Origin: an uncultured Bacteroidales bacterium
GTDB taxonomy: Bacteria > Bacteroidota > Bacteroidia > Bacteroidales > FEN-979
Direction: 5' to 3'
DNA: 64,000 nucleotides
Assembly: GCA_963800585.1 (NCBI GenBank)
Contig: CAWDBP010000007.1
Span: 371,770 to 435,769, forward strand
The position numbers were made by a program, and so were the translations under genes. The notes below the pieces were generated by a model, which did no database searches, was not told where the DNA came from, and saw only the letters and a list, made by a program, of their open reading frames with translations. Shown piece after piece: positions 18,963-27,704 of the stretch. How positions within the stretch are numbered: position 1 is the first letter of the stretch; every line of letters begins with the position of its first letter.

Positions 18963-19664
18963 ATGAATCAATTGAACAAAACCATTATCCGGGAAGAGAT
19001 CCAATGGCTTCTGGAAGCTATTGCAGAACAATTTGAGGCGATCAACACCTATGAAGACAAGATCCCGCAGATTGAGTTTGATATTATTATGGAAAATATC
19101 CGGAAACTTTATGAGAACCTTCACCTGTTAAACCGGGAGGGTGATTCGTTCCGGCATTTTAGCGATCAAAAGGCGGAAATTCCTGAGATAAAACCTTTCA
19201 GAACTGCTGAAAGCGAAAGGAATCAGTTATCGAAACCGGTTAAAAAGCAGGATATAAGGCCTGCAGTCAGGATCAGGATGGATACGGATTCAACGGAACC
19301 TTTGCAAAAAGAGCATGATGGACCAGATTCAACTTCCTCAGAAATCGATCTTTTTTCTACCGGAGGTAATGAATTTTCTGAGAAACTGAAAGAGACACGT
19401 GAGAAAACTTATGCCTCAGAACGCGTTTCGTCAAAACGAAAGGAACTTAAAACCACCATCTCCATAAACGAAAAATTTCTCTTAATCAATGAGCTATTTG
19501 ACGGGAACCTCAGGGAATACAATATTACCATAGAAACCCTGAATGGTTTTGCAGAACTCAGGCAAGCACTTGATTATTTGGATTTACTGCGGATAAAGAA
19601 TTTGTGGGAGAGCGAATCCGGAGCCTTCAAACGTTTGAGGGAACTAGTGGAACAAAAGTTTTGA
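18963..19664 (+). CDS. Hypothetical protein (helical N- and C-terminal regions, charged disordered middle)
   Basis: The track ORF 18675-19664 runs antisense through tdk at its 5' end. Plausible starts are ATG 18912 or ATG 18963. I recognised no motif. Confidence 0.5.
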   Translation: MNQLNKTIIREEIQWLLEAIAEQFEAINTYEDKIPQIEFDIIMENIRKLYENLHLLNREGDSFRHFSDQKAEIPEIKPFRTAESERNQLSKPVKKQDIRPAVRIRMDTDSTEPLQKEHDGPDSTSSEIDLFSTGGNEFSEKLKETREKTYASERVSSKRKELKTTISINEKFLLINELFDGNLREYNITIETLNGFAELRQALDYLDLLRIKNLWESESGAFKRLRELVEQKF

Positions 19665-19717
19665 ACCTTTTTTTAAAGGCTTTTTTTACCACTAAGTCGC
19701 AAAGACGCTAAAAAGCG

Positions 19718-20692
19718 CTAAAAATTATGACCGATCTTATCAATTAATTCCAGGACAGGATCGATCTCATCCAGGGTCATCAGCATCAAACGGTATTTTT
19801 TAAAATCAGGAACACCCCTGAAATAACCACTGTAGAATTTCCGCATTTCCAGGATTGTTCTCCTTTCGCCTTTATATTCAACAGACCTCTTAATGTGAAT
19901 CCTTAGAATTTCCAATCGTTCCTGAAGGGCAGGCGGGGGGATCATTTCGCCTTTCGACAGGAAAGCTTTGCATTCGCTGAAGATCCAGGGGTTTCCAACA
20001 GCTGCCCGGCCAATCATCAATCCATCGACGCCGTAACAGTCTTTCATTTCTTTTGCAACTATGGCACTTGTTATATCTCCATTCCCAAAAACCGGGATAT
20101 GAATACGCGGGTTCCCTTTAACTTCCCCAATTAGGGTCCAGTCAGCCTGACCTCCATAAAGTTGTGCCCGTGTACGGCCATGGATGCTGATAGCCAGGAT
20201 TCCCGCATCCTGTAGTCCTTCGGCAATCTCCATGATATTACGGTTTGCATAATCCCATCCCAGCCGGGTTTTAGCAGTTACCGGGATCTTTACTGCACTA
20301 ACCACTGCCCGGGTCATCGCTGCCATCTTCGGAAGATCATTCAGCAGGGCAGCTCCTCCTCCCTTAACAACGACCTTTTTTACCGGGCAGCCAAAATTCA
20401 GGTCTATAAAATCGGGCTGAAGAGTCTCTGCAATAATGGCTGCTTTCCGCATGCTTTCGACTGAATCACCAAAGATCTGGATGCCGATAGGACGTTCATT
20501 TTCCCCAAATTTCATCTTAATAGTACTTCTGTCGGCTTCGCGGATCAATGCTTCCGAAGAAACAAACTCGGTGATTAGGAGGTCGGCGCCGAATTCCTTA
20601 CAGACCGACCTGAATGGCATGTCCGTGATGTCTTCCATGGGCGCCATGATCAGCGGACAATCCCCAAGTTCTATGTTACCGATCTTTACCAA
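19718..20692 (-). CDS. dusB: tRNA-dihydrouridine synthase
   Basis: Motifs are MAPMEDITDMPFR, DLNFGCP and HGRTR. The track ORF extends to 20770. TTG 20692 gives the usual (M)VKIGNIEL N-terminus and avoids overlap with the divergent gene, but the start remains uncertain. Confidence 0.88.
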   Translation of the reverse strand: MVKIGNIELGDCPLIMAPMEDITDMPFRSVCKEFGADLLITEFVSSEALIREADRSTIKMKFGENERPIGIQIFGDSVESMRKAAIIAETLQPDFIDLNFGCPVKKVVVKGGGAALLNDLPKMAAMTRAVVSAVKIPVTAKTRLGWDYANRNIMEIAEGLQDAGILAISIHGRTRAQLYGGQADWTLIGEVKGNPRIHIPVFGNGDITSAIVAKEMKDCYGVDGLMIGRAAVGNPWIFSECKAFLSKGEMIPPPALQERLEILRIHIKRSVEYKGERRTILEMRKFYSGYFRGVPDFKKYRLMLMTLDEIDPVLELIDKIGHNF

Positions 20693-20736
20693 AAAGCAGT
20701 ACTTTTGCCGCAAAAGTAATGAATTCGGAGGTTCCC

Positions 20737-21669
20737 ATGAAAAAGGCCTGGCTGTCATACCTGACTCCATTTACAAAGATTGTCTTCGTGCTCATGCTTA
20801 TCATAATTGGCCTTATTGTAGCAGTGTTGGGAGGATTATTTCTGACCATGATCCAGTACCATGCTGATATGACAAAAGCCATTCTGCTCCTTTCCGACGT
20901 CAATAATCCTTCTTCAATTCCACTACTGAAGGAATTACAAATTCTCCAGTCGATATTTCTGTTCATCATCCCTGCTTTCATCGCAGGAGCTCTTTTTGAG
21001 CGAAGTTCTGCAGTTTATTTTGGGATGAACAAAGTCCCATCAGGAATGCTGTTACTTCTAATTTTCCTTATTATGATAGTCAGTCTGCCATTGATCAACG
21101 GTTTGGTTTCATTGAATGAGATGATGAAATTACCGGCCGCCTTAGGGGGGATGGAGAAATGGATGAAGGAAGCGGAGGACCAGGCTGCACAGGTCACAGA
21201 AAAGTTCCTTGACGTTCATTCCATTGGTGGTTTTGGAGTCAATATGCTGATGATTGCCATCATTCCTGCCATCGGGGAAGAGATGATGTTTCGTGGATTA
21301 TTTCAACGCTTGCTTGGAGAATGGCTCAAAAATATCCATGTTTCCATTTTCATCACAGCGTTCCTTTTTGGTGCCATCCACCTTCAGTTTTACGGATTGC
21401 TTCCCAGGATGATGCTGGGAGTAATGTTCGGATATCTTTATTTATGGACCGGCACACTCTGGGCGCCGGTCTTTGCACATTTTATCAATAACGGATCAGC
21501 AGTCCTCATTTCCTACCTCTCAAATACAGGAGCCATTCATGCCGATTATGAAAAGTTTGGATCGACAGATAATATTTTCCTGATTTCCGGAAGCCTGATT
21601 TTTACGGGGGCTCTGCTGTACTGTATTTTCATTATCAACCGAAAAAAAATTCAGGATACTGAGCCATGA
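20737..21669 (+). CDS. CPBP-family intramembrane glutamic endopeptidase (CAAX-protease-like)
   Basis: Polytopic membrane protein with EEMMFRG, FGAIH and HFINN motifs. ATG 20737 was chosen (track ORF from 20719). Confidence 0.85.
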   Translation: MKKAWLSYLTPFTKIVFVLMLIIIGLIVAVLGGLFLTMIQYHADMTKAILLLSDVNNPSSIPLLKELQILQSIFLFIIPAFIAGALFERSSAVYFGMNKVPSGMLLLLIFLIMIVSLPLINGLVSLNEMMKLPAALGGMEKWMKEAEDQAAQVTEKFLDVHSIGGFGVNMLMIAIIPAIGEEMMFRGLFQRLLGEWLKNIHVSIFITAFLFGAIHLQFYGLLPRMMLGVMFGYLYLWTGTLWAPVFAHFINNGSAVLISYLSNTGAIHADYEKFGSTDNIFLISGSLIFTGALLYCIFIINRKKIQDTEP

Positions 21670-23621
21670 ACCGGGAAAAACTGAAGAAGGGATTGATATA
21701 TACAGCTGGAATACTGGCCAGCCTGGTGCTTGTTTTTTTTCTCCTTAGAAATGTGATTTTCTCATTTTACCTTGATCATAAAATTAATAGGTTCAACAAA
21801 AAATATCATGCTGATCTGAAGGTTGAGAAAGCAAAGATCAGCTATATTAGCACTGTAATGCTCACTGGGATAAGCTTGAAACCGGAAAAGGGTGATACAC
21901 TCCTTGTCATAGATACTGCATCTGCCTCTTTAAACCTCCGGAAAATATTTACCGGCCATATCGTGGTTCGCAACCTGGTGCTGGGGAAAACCTGTCTTAG
22001 CGTAATACAGGATGACACACTAAACAACATCCGGTTTTTGCTCAATGGAAGAAAACAAAAAAATAAAAGTGATTCAATTGAGAAACGCAATTATGCGATA
22101 ACACTATCCCGTTTAGCTTCTGCTCTTTTTGAGAAGATCCCCGCTACCCTGAAGATTTCAGATCTCACGGTCTCACATCAGAAAGACGGACATAAGGTTT
22201 CTTTTCATGTAGATCATTTTGCAGCAGACCATAATGCTTTTCATACTTTAGTGAATGTGACGGAAGGGGATACCATAAAAAACTGGATTATCGCGGGAAG
22301 TCTTGATAAGCAAAAGCATAGTGCCGGTTTCCGGCTTTATTCTTCAGACAATGAAAAGCTATCTGTTCCGTTCATTGGTTACGATTTTAAAACAGCAGTT
22401 ACATTCGATACGCTGACTTTCAGGTTATGGGAAGAAGATAAGGGTGATGATCTTTTCCATTATCACGGGATAACAAGTTTCAGAGGACTCGTCATTCAAC
22501 AGGAAAAGATATCCGCGAACAACGTGGCATTTGATCGTCTGGGCATGGAGTATGCCATTAATGTAGGATCCGATTATTTTGAAATGGACAGTTCAACGCA
22601 GATATTCTTCAACCGGCTGAGTTTTCATCCTTATTTACGTTACCGGCCAAAGCCCACAAAACAGATCACCTTTTCCATCGTAAAACCCGATTTCCCGGCA
22701 GAAGAGCTTTTCTCCTCCCTGCCTTCCGGACTGTTTTCGACTCTCAAAGGGATCAGGGTGAATGGAAATCTTGCATTCACCCTTAAGTTCTATGTCGACC
22801 TCTCTCTTCCTGATTCCCTGCAATTCAGGTCAGAATTGAAACGAAACCGGTTCAGTGTTCTTTCTTATGGCGATGCCGACCTTACCAGGCTGAACGAATA
22901 TTTTGAATATACTGCTTATGAAAAAGGCCAGCCTTACAGAACCTTTACCGTGGGTCCTGAGAACCCGGAATTCAGGCCTTTGAACAAGATCTCTCCTTTC
23001 CTGCAGATTTCTGTTCTGAATTCAGAGGATGCCGGCTTTTACCTGCACCGGGGATTCATTCCGGATGCAATAAGGGAATCCCTCATCCAGGATATTAAGG
23101 AAAGGAGATTTGCCAGGGGAGGAAGCACCATCACCATGCAACTCGTTAAAAATGTATTCCTGAACCGCAACAAAACCATTTCCCGGAAACTGGAGGAAAT
23201 ACTGCTGGTGTGGCTGATCGAGAACCAGGAACTTTGTCCGAAAGAACGGATGTTTGAGGTTTATCTCAACATCATCGAGTTAGGGCCGCATATTTATGGC
23301 GCTAATGAAGCGGCTCATTTTTACTTCAATAAGGATGCTTCAAAACTGACCCTTGAGGAATCCATTTTTATCGCATCCATCATCCCCAGGCCCAAATGGT
23401 TCATGTATTCTTTTGATGAGACCGGGCATATCAGGCAATCCGAAAAGGACTTTCTCCATTTACTTTCAGGAAAAATGCTGAATAAAGGCCAGATCAACCA
23501 AGAGGAATATGATAAGCTGGATCCCGATATTACCTTAAAAGGTCCAGCAAAGCTGCTCCTGAAAACAAAAGAACCAATGCCGGCAGATTCGCTTGAGCAA
23601 TTTAACGATCAAGGGCTGTAA
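21666..23621 (+). CDS. Membrane-anchored protein with C-terminal GT51 peptidoglycan glycosyltransferase domain
   Basis: 651 aa with an N-terminal TM helix and a ~430-aa region of unknown type. The GT51 motifs EDAGFYLHRGF and GGSTITMQLVKN follow. An ATGA overlap joins it to the preceding gene. Confidence 0.8.
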   Translation: MNREKLKKGLIYTAGILASLVLVFFLLRNVIFSFYLDHKINRFNKKYHADLKVEKAKISYISTVMLTGISLKPEKGDTLLVIDTASASLNLRKIFTGHIVVRNLVLGKTCLSVIQDDTLNNIRFLLNGRKQKNKSDSIEKRNYAITLSRLASALFEKIPATLKISDLTVSHQKDGHKVSFHVDHFAADHNAFHTLVNVTEGDTIKNWIIAGSLDKQKHSAGFRLYSSDNEKLSVPFIGYDFKTAVTFDTLTFRLWEEDKGDDLFHYHGITSFRGLVIQQEKISANNVAFDRLGMEYAINVGSDYFEMDSSTQIFFNRLSFHPYLRYRPKPTKQITFSIVKPDFPAEELFSSLPSGLFSTLKGIRVNGNLAFTLKFYVDLSLPDSLQFRSELKRNRFSVLSYGDADLTRLNEYFEYTAYEKGQPYRTFTVGPENPEFRPLNKISPFLQISVLNSEDAGFYLHRGFIPDAIRESLIQDIKERRFARGGSTITMQLVKNVFLNRNKTISRKLEEILLVWLIENQELCPKERMFEVYLNIIELGPHIYGANEAAHFYFNKDASKLTLEESIFIASIIPRPKWFMYSFDETGHIRQSEKDFLHLLSGKMLNKGQINQEEYDKLDPDITLKGPAKLLLKTKEPMPADSLEQFNDQGL

Positions 23622-23629
23622 AGGGATTT

Positions 23630-23671
23630 ACGATTGGACGATTTCCGAATAATGAATGAATTGTTAGATTT
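23630..23671 (+). repeat. 42-bp repeat, left copy, upstream of the GT-C/TPR gene
   Basis: ACGATTGGACGATTTCCGAATAATGAATGAATTGTTAGATTT. By hand alignment, 37 of 42 positions match the reverse complement of 25641-25682. Confidence 0.65.
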
Positions 23672-23772
23672 AAGATTTACGATTATTTTTGTTCAGTTCA
23701 ATACTTGACTGATTAAATTCTGGCGTCCTGTTCAGTTGAATTATATTATTAAAGCATCAAACTATTAGTTTA

Positions 23773-25599
23773 ATGAAAGGATCATCGAAAAAAGAATTAC
23801 GGAAAAAGGTATTACCAAACAAGGATAATCGAAAACAGACGAAGAAACCGATAAAAGAGGTTAAAAAAAATAGATATTTTGAACTGGCAGGATTGGCTAT
23901 TATTTTAATTTTAGGAGTCAAAATTTATTCCAATACTTTTGACTGTTCATTTCATTTTGACGATTATATCAACATTGTCAATAATACGAATATCAGGAAT
24001 TTTTCGGATGTGAAAACTTGGTGGAACTTCAATTCTACTCGTCCTATTGGTACATTCACCTTTGCACTGAACTATCATTTTAACCAGCTTGATGTCAAAT
24101 ATTACCATGTTGTTAATCTTATCATACATCTTATTAATACATATCTTATATATTGGCTGACTTTACTGATCTTTTCTTCACCGGTAATGAAGGATCAACC
24201 AATTGCAAAAAATAAAAAAGTTTTAGCATTTTTGATGGCTTTACTTTTCGTTTCACACCCTCTTGCAACTCAATCTGTCACCTATATTGTTCAACGTCTT
24301 ACATCGATGGTTGCCATGTTCTATCTTCTTTCCTTAGCACTGTATTTGAAGGCCAGGATTTCAGAAAAGGGAAACAGATCAAAAGCATTGTTATTTATTG
24401 GTTCATTGGTTTCTGCCACTTTGGCTATGCTTACAAAGGAAAATGCTTTCACACTTCCTTTCGCAATTATACTCACTGAATTTTTCTTCTTAAGGACAAA
24501 GAAGCAGTTCTCAATAAATTTCAGGGATTATCGGGTTATCCTAATAACTGCAGCATTGCTGGGAATGATGATTTTCATTCCGTTAAAGTTTTCATTCAGC
24601 ATTTTCAAGTCTCTCCTTCCGATGCCTGGACATGCCTATAGTATAACCCCTCTTAATTATTTTTTGACCCAATTTAGTGTCATTGTAAAATATATCCAGC
24701 TTTTATTCCTGCCGGTAAATCAGGTTTTGGATTATGATTTTCCAATCGCAACAACTTTTTTTGAGATAAGAACCATGCTAAGTTTCCTGGTACTTTTATC
24801 ATTGATAGTTCTGGCAATATTCTCCTATAAAAAATACAGGATCATTTCTTTTGGCATTTTCTGGTTTTTTCTAACGTTATCTATCGAATCGAGCTTTATT
24901 CCTATTTCTGATCTGATTTTCGAACACCGTACCTATCTTCCGTCATTTGGGGTTTTTTTGATTCTGACGTCGGGCATATATCTTTTGCTGTGGAACAGAT
25001 ATAAATACCTTGCAATTGCCATCTTTGTTATCATAATAGGATCAAATTCATATCTTACCTACGAAAGGAACAAAGTCTGGAAAGATGATCTTACGCTTTG
25101 GAGTGATAATGTTACAAAAACCCCAAACTTGCCAAGACCCCTGTTAACCCGTGGCTTTGTATATGGGAATCTTGGGCAGTATGATAAAGCAATAGCCGAT
25201 TTCTCGAGGGTAATAAAGATTGACCCTGGATCAAAAGAAGCATATTATAACCGTGGTATTACTTACGGGATGATCGGGCAGGTTGACAAATCAATCGCTG
25301 ATTATTCCAGATTAATAGAGATTGATCCCAAATATGTCAAAGCCTATTCAAACCGTGGCGCCGATTATTTTAATCTTGGGCAATTGGACAAAGCCATAGC
25401 TGATTACACAATGGCAATTACGTTGGACCCTAATTATACGGACGCCTTTTATAACCGTGGTCTTGCTTATGGCAAACTGGGGAAATGGGAGAATGCAATT
25501 GCTGATTACTCAAGGGTACTTGAAATTGACCCGAATAACACGATGGCATATTCTAATCGCCAGGATGCTTATGAAAAACTACAAGAAAAGAAAAAATAA
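23773..25599 (+). CDS. Polytopic GT-C-like membrane protein with C-terminal TPR repeats (TMTC/PMT-like)
   Basis: 608 aa with a Lys-rich N-terminus and about 10 TM helices. The first-loop motif is FHFDDYINIVNN. Five C-terminal 34-aa TPR units follow (..A..DYS..I.IDP....AY.NRG..Y...G). Confidence 0.7.
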   Translation: MKGSSKKELRKKVLPNKDNRKQTKKPIKEVKKNRYFELAGLAIILILGVKIYSNTFDCSFHFDDYINIVNNTNIRNFSDVKTWWNFNSTRPIGTFTFALNYHFNQLDVKYYHVVNLIIHLINTYLIYWLTLLIFSSPVMKDQPIAKNKKVLAFLMALLFVSHPLATQSVTYIVQRLTSMVAMFYLLSLALYLKARISEKGNRSKALLFIGSLVSATLAMLTKENAFTLPFAIILTEFFFLRTKKQFSINFRDYRVILITAALLGMMIFIPLKFSFSIFKSLLPMPGHAYSITPLNYFLTQFSVIVKYIQLLFLPVNQVLDYDFPIATTFFEIRTMLSFLVLLSLIVLAIFSYKKYRIISFGIFWFFLTLSIESSFIPISDLIFEHRTYLPSFGVFLILTSGIYLLLWNRYKYLAIAIFVIIIGSNSYLTYERNKVWKDDLTLWSDNVTKTPNLPRPLLTRGFVYGNLGQYDKAIADFSRVIKIDPGSKEAYYNRGITYGMIGQVDKSIADYSRLIEIDPKYVKAYSNRGADYFNLGQLDKAIADYTMAITLDPNYTDAFYNRGLAYGKLGKWENAIADYSRVLEIDPNNTMAYSNRQDAYEKLQEKKK

Positions 25600-25640
25600 G
25601 ATGAAAATTTCTGTTTTATCATTTGTACCTGAAAAATCGT

Positions 25641-25682
25641 AAATCTTACAATTCATTCGACATTCGTAAATCGTCCAATCGT
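25641..25682 (-). repeat. 42-bp repeat, right copy (inverted), downstream of the GT-C/TPR gene
   Basis: The reverse complement reads ACGATTGGACGATTTACGAATGTCGAATGAATTGTAAGATTT and pairs with 23630-23671. Confidence 0.65.
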
Positions 25683-25690
25683 TAATAAGA

Positions 25691-25715
25691 AAAGCCCCCT
25701 ATTAAGGTGGGCTTT
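25691..25715 (-). terminator. Hairpin terminator after tRNA-Ser (possibly bidirectional)
   Basis: AAAGCCC (25691-25697) pairs with GGGCTTT (25709-25715). On the minus strand it is followed by TTTTCTTATT. It sits between the convergent TPR gene and the tRNA. Confidence 0.5.
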
Positions 25716-25725
25716 AAAGTTTTAG

Positions 25726-25814
25726 CGGAGAGAATGGGATTCGAACCCATGAACCGCTTTTGGCGATTACACACTTTCCAGGCGTGCGCCTTCGACCAAC
25801 TCGGCCATCTCTCC
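25726..25814 (-). tRNA. tRNA-Ser (anticodon GGA)
   Basis: The reverse complement GGAGAGATGGCCGAGTTGGTCGAAGGCGCACGCCTGGAAAGTGTG...GGGTTCGAATCCCATTCTCTCCG folds as a type II tRNA. The acceptor stem is 7 bp, the anticodon stem is CACGC/GTGTG, the loop is CT-GGA-AA, there is a long variable arm, and the T-arm is ATGGG TTCGAAT CCCAT. Confidence 0.9.
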
Positions 25815-25824
25815 AAAGAGTTTG

Positions 25825-25832
25825 CAAAGGTA
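25825..25832 (-). promoter_or_regulatory. Bacteroidota -7 promoter box (TACCTTTG) for tRNA-Ser
   Basis: CAAAGGTA on the + strand is an exact TAnnTTTG on the minus strand, 11 nt upstream of the mature tRNA 5' end. Confidence 0.5.
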
Positions 25833-25849
25833 TCAAAAATATTGAATTC

Positions 25850-26878
25850 TCAAGCGGTCATCTCCCCGCGAAGTGAGATCTGAAGCAACCGTTCTATCTC
25901 TTCCTTCGGGAAACCACATCCCAAAAGATACATCAACTTGGTGACGGCTGATTCGGTGGTAATATCATATCCACCGATCACGCCTATCTTTCCCAACTCA
26001 ATACTGGTTTCATATTTCCCGATCTCCACTGTCCCTCCTTTACATTGAGTCACATTGAAAAGGATGATTCCATTGTCGACTGCTTCTTTCAGCAGGTTGA
26101 GGAACCAGGCCACAGTTGGGGCATTGCCGGCTCCAAAGGTTTCCAGTATCACGGCTTTCAGGCCCGGAGTGGTTAATGTGTTCTGTACAATATTCTCGTT
26201 TATTCCAGGAAACAATTTGAGGATTGCGATGTGATCATCCAGTTCTTTGTGAACTTTCAGTTTCTTAAAATTGGGTTTTAGTATCAGGTCCCCATGGTAA
26301 CGAATATAAACTCCGACATCGGCAAGAACAGGATAATTGCCTGATACAAAAGCGCCGAAATGTTCTGCATTGAACTTTGTGGTTCTGTTACCTCGAAATA
26401 ATTTATTATCAAAACAAATAGCCACTTCAGGAACCAAGGGGGTTTCCTGTTCGCTGGCGGCAGCAATCTCAATGGAATTAATAAAATTTTCCCGTCCATC
26501 GGTGCGTACCCTCCCTATGGGTAGTTGTGAACCTGTGAAGATGACGGGCTTGTTAAGGTTTTCGAGCATAAAGCTAAGAGCCGAAGCTGTATAAGCCATG
26601 GTATCAGAGCCATGTAACACTACAAAACCGTCGAAGGATTCATAGTTATCTTCGATGACCTTTGCCAACTCAATCCAGAAGGCAGGACTCATATTTGAAG
26701 AATCCAGCAAGGGTTTAAAGGTGTAAAAATCAAAGTGATAATTGAAATTCTCAAGCACCGGAAGGTACTTGTACAGATTTTTGAAAGTCAATGGCTTCAG
26801 TACACCGGTTTTTGGATCTTGAACCATCCCGATGGTTCCACCAGTATAGATGATCAGGATTGAAGTTTGGTCACGCAT
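25850..26878 (-). CDS. ansA: L-asparaginase, type I (cytoplasmic)
   Basis: 342 aa with IIYTGGTIGM and VLHGSDTMAYTASAL. No signal peptide is present. Confidence 0.9.
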   Translation of the reverse strand: MRDQTSILIIYTGGTIGMVQDPKTGVLKPLTFKNLYKYLPVLENFNYHFDFYTFKPLLDSSNMSPAFWIELAKVIEDNYESFDGFVVLHGSDTMAYTASALSFMLENLNKPVIFTGSQLPIGRVRTDGRENFINSIEIAAASEQETPLVPEVAICFDNKLFRGNRTTKFNAEHFGAFVSGNYPVLADVGVYIRYHGDLILKPNFKKLKVHKELDDHIAILKLFPGINENIVQNTLTTPGLKAVILETFGAGNAPTVAWFLNLLKEAVDNGIILFNVTQCKGGTVEIGKYETSIELGKIGVIGGYDITTESAVTKLMYLLGCGFPKEEIERLLQISLRGEMTA

Positions 26879-26930
26879 GTGGGTAATATTGGGTATCGGG
26901 TGTTAGGTAATGGGTATTGGGTTTAGGGTG
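26879..26930. repeat. GGGTATT-type heptad spacer between the TatD-family gene stop and the ansA start
   Basis: GGGTAATATT GGGTATC GGGTGTTA GGTAAT GGGTATT GGGTTTA GGGTG. On the coding (minus) strand it is a C/A-rich AATACCC-type tract ending at the ansA ATG. A related tract lies at 37637-37698. Confidence 0.55.
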
Positions 26931-27704
26931 TCAGAGGTTAAACAAAGTTAACGCGTTTTTGGTGGTTTTTTCAGCAATTTCATCGATAGTAACGTTTTTT
27001 ATTTCCGCTATCTTTTCGGCAATAAGCGAGATATAAGAACTTTCATTACGCTGACCACGGTATGGAACCGGGGGAAGATAAGGTGCATCGGTTTCCAGGA
27101 CAAGATAGTCAAGTGAGATTTCCTGAACTACTTTTTGTAATCCTGAATTCTTATAGGTGATAATACCACCGATTCCCAGCGTGAACCCCGATTTTATTGC
27201 CTGTTTTGCTTGTTCGACCGATCCGCTGAAGCAATGAAATACTCCTTTAAGTCCTGGATTGTTTTTCTGACGGATTATGTCAATAGCAATTTCAAAGGAA
27301 TTCCGGGTATGGATAGCAACAGGTAATTGGTAATGGATTGCCAGGTCAAGCTGATGACTGAATGCAATGGTTTGTTCGTTTACAAAGGTTTTATCCCAAT
27401 ATAGATCGATGCCAATTTCACCAATACCATAAAAACCTGCCCGGTTCTTTTCCAATGTGTCCTTAACAAAATCAAGTTCCTCACGGTAATTTGCTTTAAC
27501 CGATGTCGGATGTAAACCAATCATCGGAAAACAATATTGACTTTGAGTGTTAGCCAATAACATCAGTCTTTCGTAATAATTTCTGTCAATTGCAGGAAGC
27601 AGGAGCCTGGTGACACCTTTACCAACAGCATTCTGAATAACCACATTCCGGTCAGCATCAAACTCCTCAGCGTAAAGATGAGTATGTGTATCAATAAAAT
27701 TCAT
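26931..27704 (-). CDS. TatD-family metal-dependent hydrolase
   Basis: 257 aa with FIDTHTHL, GEIGIDLYW, HTRNS and ETDAPYL. Confidence 0.9.
   Translation of the reverse strand: MNFIDTHTHLYAEEFDADRNVVIQNAVGKGVTRLLLPAIDRNYYERLMLLANTQSQYCFPMIGLHPTSVKANYREELDFVKDTLEKNRAGFYGIGEIGIDLYWDKTFVNEQTIAFSHQLDLAIHYQLPVAIHTRNSFEIAIDIIRQKNNPGLKGVFHCFSGSVEQAKQAIKSGFTLGIGGIITYKNSGLQKVVQEISLDYLVLETDAPYLPPVPYRGQRNESSYISLIAEKIAEIKNVTIDEIAEKTTKNALTLFNL

Noticed and set aside
26879-26930. Heptad tracts (also 1634-1681 and 37637-37698) as CRISPR arrays or phase-variable simple repeats.
   Set aside because: A period of 7 nt with no spacers is incompatible with CRISPR. The units are too imperfect for slipped-strand mispairing, and no cas genes are present.
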